This document shows positions 42,775-48,209 of a DNA stretch of 48,209 bases, piece after piece. Location: positions 1 to 48,209 of the forward strand of contig CAZOXJ010000003.1 in NCBI GenBank assembly GCA_964583325.1. The letters are read 5' to 3'. A program made the translations under genes and the position numbers. Below the pieces are notes generated by a model, which worked only from the letters and a program-made list of their open reading frames with translations, made no database searches and was not told the DNA's origin. The first letter of the stretch is position 1, and every line of letters starts with the position of its first letter. Origin of the DNA: an uncultured Lentimicrobiaceae bacterium (GTDB lineage Bacteria; Bacteroidota; Bacteroidia; Bacteroidales; UBA4417).

Positions 42775-45339
42775 ATGGATAACATTCAGGATGGGGAAAG
42801 GATAGTACCTGTTAATATTGAAACACAAATGAAAGGTGCCTACATCGATTATGCGATGTCGGTAATTGTATCCCGGGCATTACCCGATGTACGCGATGGT
42901 CTTAAACCCGTTCATAGAAGAGTATTATACGGAATGCTTGATTTAGGTGTATTATCTAACAGGGCATACAAAAAATCTGCGCGTATTGTCGGTGAAGTGC
43001 TGGGTAAATATCACCCTCACGGTGATACCTCTGTTTATGATGCAATGGTTCGAATGGCCCAGAATTGGTCGTTAAGGTATCCTTTGGTTGACGGGCAGGG
43101 TAACTTTGGATCTATTGATGGTGACAGTCCGGCGGCAATGCGTTATACAGAGGTTCGTCTCCGTAAGTTAGCCGAAGAACTGCTTGCCGACATTGATAAA
43201 GATACTGTCGATTTTCAGTCTAATTTTGACGATACGCTCGAAGAACCTACCGTTTTACCTGCAAAAATACCTAACCTTCTTATTAATGGAACTTCAGGTA
43301 TTGCCGTAGGAATGGCAACAAATATTCCTCCGCATAACCTTACAGAGATTATTAACGGATGTATTGCGTATATTGACGACAGGGACATCACAGTTGAAGG
43401 CCTGATGAAATTTATCAAAGCACCTGATTTTCCGACCGGTGGTATAATATATGGCTATGAAGGTGTTCGCGATGCTTATGAAACCGGTCGTGGCCGATTG
43501 GTAATGCGCGGTGAATCAACGTTCGAAACTGATGAAAAAGGCCGGGAGGCTATTGTTTTCACTTCAATACCTTACCAGGTAAATAAGGCTGAAATGATCA
43601 AAAAAACAGCCGATCTTGTTAATGAGAAAAAAATTGAAGGCATTCACGATATACGTGATGAGAGCGACAGGAATGGTCTTCGTATCGTATACGAACTAAA
43701 AAAAGATGCTGTTTCGAACGTAGTTCTTAATAAACTGTATCAATACACAGCATTACAGACTTCATTCAGCACCAATGCTATAGCACTGGTAAAAGGGCGT
43801 CCATATCAGCTTAATCTGAAGCAACTTATTGGTCATTTTATCGATCACCGCCATGAGGTTATACTCAGGCGTACCCGGTACGATCTGGCCGAGGCTGAAA
43901 AACGGGCACATATTCTCGAAGGGCTGTTGATTGCACTTGATAATATCGATGAAGTTATTGCAATAATCCGTGCTGCTGCATCGCCCGATGAAGCCAGAAC
44001 AAATCTGATGGCGCGTTTTTCGCTCAGCGAAATTCAGGCAAAAGCGATTCTTGATATGCGTTTGCAGCGCCTTACAGGCCTCGAACGTGATAAACTGAAA
44101 GAAGAGTATGCAGAGCTGATGAAAATCATAGCATATTTTCGCAGCATACTTGCTGACGAAACATTGCAGTTCGACATTATCAAAACTGAACTTACGGAGA
44201 TAAGAGAGAAGTATGGCGATGAGCGAATGACACGCATCGAGTTGAGCGCGAAGGATTTCAGGATTGAAGATACGATTGCTGATGAAGCAGTGGTAATTAC
44301 CATCTCGCATATGGGCTATATGAAACGTACACCACTCACCGAATACCGACGCCAAAGCAGAGGTGGAAGGGGTGCACGCGGGTCGGATATCCGAGAGGAA
44401 GATTTCCTTGAACATTTGTACATTGCCACAGCACATAACTATATGCTTTTCTTTACCGAAAAGGGTAAATGTTTCTGGCTGAGGGTTTACGAAATCCCTG
44501 AAGGTGGAAAAACGTCCAAAGGCCGCGCTATTCAAAATATGTTGAATATTGAGTCGGATGATAAGGTAAGGGCAATCATAAACCTTAAAGACCTTAAAGA
44601 TGAAGAATATGTAAAAAATAATTACATTATACTTTGTACTAAAAAGGGCACTATCAAAAAAACCTCTCTCGAAGCCTATTCACGTCCACGTTTGAATGGT
44701 ATAAATGCCATAAACATTAACGAAGGCGATCAGTTACTCGAAGCACGTTTAACAAACGGAAGCAGTGAAGTACTGATGGCATTGCGCAGCGGAAGAGCAA
44801 TACGTTTCAACGAATCAACCGTTCGTCCGATGGGCCGTACCGCAACAGGAGTAAGGGGTATAACACTAGGAGGGAAGACTGATGAGGTTATTGGCATGAT
44901 ATGTGTTAATAGTAATGAGGAATCCATCCTTGTTGTATCGGAAAAGGGATATGGCAAGCGCTCGGACCTTGACGACTACAGGGTTACAAACCGCGGTGGT
45001 AAAGGTGTTAAAACCATTAACGTAACCGAAAAAACCGGAAGCCTGATTGCTATTAAAAATGTAACCGATCGCGACGATCTTATGATAATTAATCTCTCAG
45101 GAATAATAATCCGCATGGGAGTAAACGATCTGAGAGTTATGGGGAGAGCAACACAAGGAGTTAGGCTCATTAACCTGAAAGATGATGATGGAATAGCTGC
45201 AGTAGCAAAAGTTGAATGCGAAATCGATGAAGTAGATGAAGATGAATTATTGGACGGAACCGAACTGCTTGAAGGTGAAAATAATAATGTTGCAGATGAT
45301 GATACAGATCAAACAGATACTAGAATACCAGAAGAATAA
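42775..45339 (+). CDS. gyrA: DNA gyrase subunit A
   Basis: '[27 protein letters not shown]', '[18 protein letters not shown]', active-site Tyr in '[10 protein letters not shown]', beta-pinwheel CTD repeats, acidic C-terminal tail. Confidence 0.95.
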   Translation: MDNIQDGERIVPVNIETQMKGAYIDYAMSVIVSRALPDVRDGLKPVHRRVLYGMLDLGVLSNRAYKKSARIVGEVLGKYHPHGDTSVYDAMVRMAQNWSLRYPLVDGQGNFGSIDGDSPAAMRYTEVRLRKLAEELLADIDKDTVDFQSNFDDTLEEPTVLPAKIPNLLINGTSGIAVGMATNIPPHNLTEIINGCIAYIDDRDITVEGLMKFIKAPDFPTGGIIYGYEGVRDAYETGRGRLVMRGESTFETDEKGREAIVFTSIPYQVNKAEMIKKTADLVNEKKIEGIHDIRDESDRNGLRIVYELKKDAVSNVVLNKLYQYTALQTSFSTNAIALVKGRPYQLNLKQLIGHFIDHRHEVILRRTRYDLAEAEKRAHILEGLLIALDNIDEVIAIIRAAASPDEARTNLMARFSLSEIQAKAILDMRLQRLTGLERDKLKEEYAELMKIIAYFRSILADETLQFDIIKTELTEIREKYGDERMTRIELSAKDFRIEDTIADEAVVITISHMGYMKRTPLTEYRRQSRGGRGARGSDIREEDFLEHLYIATAHNYMLFFTEKGKCFWLRVYEIPEGGKTSKGRAIQNMLNIESDDKVRAIINLKDLKDEEYVKNNYIILCTKKGTIKKTSLEAYSRPRLNGINAININEGDQLLEARLTNGSSEVLMALRSGRAIRFNESTVRPMGRTATGVRGITLGGKTDEVIGMICVNSNEESILVVSEKGYGKRSDLDDYRVTNRGGKGVKTINVTEKTGSLIAIKNVTDRDDLMIINLSGIIIRMGVNDLRVMGRATQGVRLINLKDDDGIAAVAKVECEIDEVDEDELLDGTELLEGENNNVADDDTDQTDTRIPEE

Positions 45340-45402
45340 ATACCTTTAATTAAATAATAACACATTAACTCAAAGAAAAATCAAAACTAAAAAGTTAAGG
45401 AA

Positions 45403-46593
45403 ATGAAAAGAACTCTTGTTTTATTTGCCCTAATTATGTTGGTGAGCGCTTCTTTCGCACAAATGAAGAAAGACCGTACCTCGGCATACAATTATTGGAT
45501 GAAAAAGGATTTGATCAAGGCTAAGGAATTTATCGACAAAGCCATTACTTATCCTGAAGCTGCTACTGATGCCAAAGTATGGTATTACAGAGGTGGAATT
45601 TATCTTGATATTCAGATCTCTCCCGCAAAAGCTGTACTTGCTCCTGATGCAATAAATGTTGCATACGAAGCCTATACCAAAGCACGCACACTAGATGTTA
45701 AAGAAGAATTTAAAGCTGATATAGCTGCTCGTCTAGGCGCTATTGGCGGAGAGTTTTTTAACGAGGGTATCTCTTATTTCCAGCAAAATGATTTTGATGG
45801 TGCGATGCCATTCTTCGAAAAAGCGATCAATATCAGTAAGGAAAATCAAACTATTGATACTTTAGCCAATTATGGTGCTGCTTTATGTTTCGAAAAGAAA
45901 GCAGCAACTGATCCTGCTTTTCTTGATAAAGCAATCGAAAGATACCAATACCTTGCTGATTTAAGAATGAAAGAAGTCAGTGTATATACCTCACTTGCAA
46001 ATCTTTACAAGGATAAAGGCGATCTCGAAAAAGGAGCCCAGGTTCTTAATCAAGCTAAAGAAATGTTCCCTGGTAATACTGATATTATTATTACTGAGGC
46101 TAATATGTACATCTCTACCAACAACCATGCAAAAGCTATTTCGAGCCTCATGGAAGCTAAAGAGAAAGAACCTAAAAATGTTTCGGTATTATATGCAGTA
46201 GGGGTAACCTATGATTTGATGAAAAATGATACCAGCCTTTCTGATGCTGACAGAGCTAAATATTTTGATGCAGCGATAGCCTCTTACAAAGAAACTATTG
46301 ATGCAGACCCTAATTATTTTGATGCTTTATTTAACCTCGGAGCTATCTATTTCAACAAAGGTGGCGAAGTTATTAATGAGGCTAATAAACTGCCAATCAA
46401 TGAAACTGCAAAATATGATAAAATGTTGGCAGATGGCAATAATTACCTAAACCTGGCATTACCATATCTTGAGAAATGCGAATCAATTCAACCTCAGGAT
46501 AAACCTACACTGATTTCGTTAAAAGAAATATACACAAGGTTAAAAATGACTGAGAAATTAATCGCTGTTAACGACAAATTGAGCAATTTATAA
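45403..46593 (+). CDS. Secreted tetratricopeptide-repeat protein
   Basis: Signal peptide 'MKRTLVLFALIMLVSASFAQ'. Multiple TPR-like units (e.g. 'YFQQNDFDGAMPFFEKAINI', 'ANLYKDKGDLEKGAQVLNQAKEMFP', 'LFNLGAIYFNKGG'). Confidence 0.75.
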   Translation: MKRTLVLFALIMLVSASFAQMKKDRTSAYNYWMKKDLIKAKEFIDKAITYPEAATDAKVWYYRGGIYLDIQISPAKAVLAPDAINVAYEAYTKARTLDVKEEFKADIAARLGAIGGEFFNEGISYFQQNDFDGAMPFFEKAINISKENQTIDTLANYGAALCFEKKAATDPAFLDKAIERYQYLADLRMKEVSVYTSLANLYKDKGDLEKGAQVLNQAKEMFPGNTDIIITEANMYISTNNHAKAISSLMEAKEKEPKNVSVLYAVGVTYDLMKNDTSLSDADRAKYFDAAIASYKETIDADPNYFDALFNLGAIYFNKGGEVINEANKLPINETAKYDKMLADGNNYLNLALPYLEKCESIQPQDKPTLISLKEIYTRLKMTEKLIAVNDKLSNL

Positions 46594-46611
46594 TTAAATC
46601 ATATTGTTATG

Positions 46612-46646
46612 CAGAAGAGCCCGGTTTTGCCGGGCTCTTCTGTTTT
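46612..46646 (+). terminator. Rho-independent terminator after the TPR gene
   Basis: 13-bp perfect GC-rich stem CAGAAGAGCCCGG / CCGGGCTCTTCTG, 5-nt loop, then TTTT. Confidence 0.85.
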
Positions 46647-46739
46647 GTTATTTTCTATTTAACATAATATTAATTATAGGACTATTGGATTCTTATTAAA
46701 ACATATCAATAAGCTGCCTTGATTAGCTTTACATGCTAA

Positions 46740-48005
46740 TTATACGTTCTCCGGAAGAATATCCGTATATGGCATATCAAGCTGTTTAATATCCTGAATT
46801 GCACTTCCAGCTATTCCTTTAATTGAACCATACATATCGATAGTATTGTCAATTACTTTTTCAATCTGCTTTTCCCGCATTTTCCAACTTTTTTGCATAG
46901 ATCGCTTTTCACTGTCCAGATCTATTTTCATTTGCGTAAAGCCTTCAACAATGGCCTCAATTTGCATATGAAAAGTATTGCTGGTGAGATAGTCGTACAA
47001 AATGACCATTTTATCGCCTTTATTCTCCTGCGAAGCCAACGCATTGCTAACCTGTACAATTGATTCCCGCAGTACTTTGCACAATCCCTTGAACTCATCA
47101 TATGTACATATCCAAATACCTTCTTTTAAGCCCATTCGATCCATGTCCGACGGCAATACTTCAGTTACCAGAACACCGATATTAGCACCTTTAATACGAA
47201 TATCACTTTTAAATTTCTCAATCCATGATGGCTGAAAGTCCTTGGTACGCTTGCTTTCGTAATAAATTGTTCCGCAATTCTGACTTGTCCTGGTATTTAC
47301 AGTCTGGATGCAATCACCACCGCGAGCGCCTTTTTTAATTTCTTCGATTGAATCGAGTGGAAAATTTGCAGCCAGCCATTCTTCAATGGCAAGCTCCTGC
47401 ACCTCACCCTGCAATTGCATAGAGCCTTGCTCCTGCTTGCGTTTCATTTCCTCTGTGAGGCGTTTCTGATCTTCTAGTTGCTTTTGTAATTCCTTAATGG
47501 CTAACTCATTACGATCCTGCTCGTATTTTCTTATTTTTTCCTTTTCATCTGTGAGTTTTTGGTTCAGAATACGCTCGGCATCAGCCATTACACTTTCCTT
47601 TAGCTCATCTTTTTCGCGTTTCAGTCGTTCAATTTCTGCTTTGCTGCGGCTGAGCTCTTTAAGTTTTTCCGATTGTTCCTGCAAATCTTTCTGCATGGCA
47701 GCAACCTGTTCTGCTTGCTCTTCATTGAGTCGTGCTTTGATCTGTTTCTCCAGAAGCAATTTCTCATCCTTGAGCCTTAACTGTAATTTCTCCTGGAAAA
47801 GCTCATTCTCTTTTTGCTTTTTCTTTTCAAATTCTTCTTTCTGCAGATTTAAGTTTTCGAGTTCCAAATCATACTTTTTCTTCTCAATTGCCAGTTGAGC
47901 AGTATATTTCTTTTTAAAATCATCTTCTAACTGGTGATAAAGGATTTCATTTACATTTATTTCGGCTCCGCAATTAGGACATTCTATTTTAGTTTCCCGT
48001 TCCAT
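46740..48005 (-). CDS. DUF2130-like protein: N-terminal zinc ribbon, long coiled coil, C-terminal PD-(D/E)xK nuclease-like domain
   Basis: 'IECPNCGAEI' knuckle. About 200 aa of K/E/Q/L-rich heptad-like sequence. C-terminal 'GEVQELAIEEWL ... GGDCIQTV ... IYYESKRTK' fits an E...D...ExK pattern. Confidence 0.65.
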   Translation of the reverse strand: MERETKIECPNCGAEINVNEILYHQLEDDFKKKYTAQLAIEKKKYDLELENLNLQKEEFEKKKQKENELFQEKLQLRLKDEKLLLEKQIKARLNEEQAEQVAAMQKDLQEQSEKLKELSRSKAEIERLKREKDELKESVMADAERILNQKLTDEKEKIRKYEQDRNELAIKELQKQLEDQKRLTEEMKRKQEQGSMQLQGEVQELAIEEWLAANFPLDSIEEIKKGARGGDCIQTVNTRTSQNCGTIYYESKRTKDFQPSWIEKFKSDIRIKGANIGVLVTEVLPSDMDRMGLKEGIWICTYDEFKGLCKVLRESIVQVSNALASQENKGDKMVILYDYLTSNTFHMQIEAIVEGFTQMKIDLDSEKRSMQKSWKMREKQIEKVIDNTIDMYGSIKGIAGSAIQDIKQLDMPYTDILPENV

Positions 48006-48078
48006 TTTTCTGATATTGAAATATTTGAATTTTTTAATCTGACCTTAAACCCACTTCATTTTTAAGGCACTAACTTAC

Positions 48079-48106
48079 AAAAAAAAAGCCTCACAACGCG
48101 AGGCTT
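48079..48106 (-). terminator. Rho-independent terminator for the partial minus-strand gene at the right edge
   Basis: AAGCCTC / GAGGCTT stem with a 7-nt loop. The plus-strand A9 run to its left gives a U-tract on the minus strand. Confidence 0.65.
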
Positions 48107-48143
48107 AAATCAGATGTATCATGGACTTATATCGGTTGAACAA

Positions 48144-48209
48144 TTACCAGCCTGAAAATCTGAGTGTCGGGCCTGACTGTAAAATGGTCGCTTTCGTAGT
48201 ATTCAATTG
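48144..48209 (-). CDS. 3' end (last 21 codons) of an unidentified gene running off the window
   Basis: The minus-strand reading frame is open from the window edge to the TAA at 48146-48144. It translates as QLNTTKATILQSGPTLRFSGW*, and a terminator follows. A C-terminal aromatic residue is common in outer-membrane beta-barrels, but this is only a hint. Confidence 0.3.
   Translation of the reverse strand, partial: QLNTTKATILQSGPTLRFSGW

Noticed and set aside
43762-44535. 257-aa antisense ORF inside gyrA. Similar long shadow ORFs occur at 14306-14782, 33137-33640, 35269-35700 and 38489-38983.
   Set aside because: They lie opposite genes with unambiguous conserved motifs, have no recognisable domains, and are the expected stop-codon-poor antisense frames of such genes.
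47497-47898. 133-aa Ser/Phe/Cys-rich plus-strand ORF.
   Set aside because: It is the reverse-complement reading of the K/E/Q-rich coiled-coil codons of the DUF2130 gene, so it is a low-complexity artefact.
1-48209. Looked for rRNA, tRNA, CRISPR arrays, IS elements, transposases, integrases, phage genes and toxin-antitoxin pairs.
   Set aside because: No regularly spaced direct repeats and no tRNA-like T-arm/acceptor features in intergenic DNA. No ORF has DDE, tyrosine- or serine-recombinase or phage-structural signatures. Every long ORF is accounted for by housekeeping or metabolic genes.

Overview
AT-rich chromosomal segment that reads as core genome of a Bacteroidota bacterium. Supporting signs are a type III glutamine synthetase, bamD-rpoZ-coaBC-DUF4835-recN synteny, a DUF4199 gene, recurrent TAnnTTTG -7 promoter boxes and almost no Shine-Dalgarno sequences. 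I call 41 protein-coding genes (one partial at the right edge), 10 hairpin terminators, 14 candidate promoter sites and one palindromic intergenic repeat. I see no rRNA, tRNA, CRISPR array, transposase, integrase or phage gene.

Functional blocks:
- 0.6-5.8 kb: two glycosyltransferases plus a complete GDP-D-glycero-alpha-D-manno-heptose pathway (hddA-gmhA-hddC-gmhB).
- 5.8-27.3 kb: housekeeping genes (Na+/solute symporter, glnN, kdsA, rarA, a cation/H+ antiporter, an alpha-oxoamine synthase, photolyase, bamD, rpoZ, coaBC, recN, fabI).
- 27.6-37.8 kb: a redox/acyl-CoA block. It holds one EtfBA pair followed by a two-gene membrane FeS/CCG oxidoreductase, then a second EtfBA pair with an electron-bifurcation-type signature followed by two long acyl-CoA dehydrogenases.
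- 38-48 kb: PiT phosphate transporter, HD hydrolase, clpC, gyrA, a TPR protein and a DUF2130 protein.

I do not see a defence-island-like or otherwise clearly novel multi-gene system. The items most worth a second look are:
- the ETF-linked membrane FeS/CCG oxidoreductase as a candidate ETF:quinone link;
- a ~127-nt imperfect palindromic element sitting between its two cistrons;
- a strongly signalled 74-aa lipoprotein with Braun-lipoprotein-like dimensions and a C-terminal Lys;
- the zinc-ribbon / coiled-coil / PD-(D/E)xK DUF2130 protein;
- the GDP-heptose cluster.

All homology statements come from motif recognition by eye, not from database searches.
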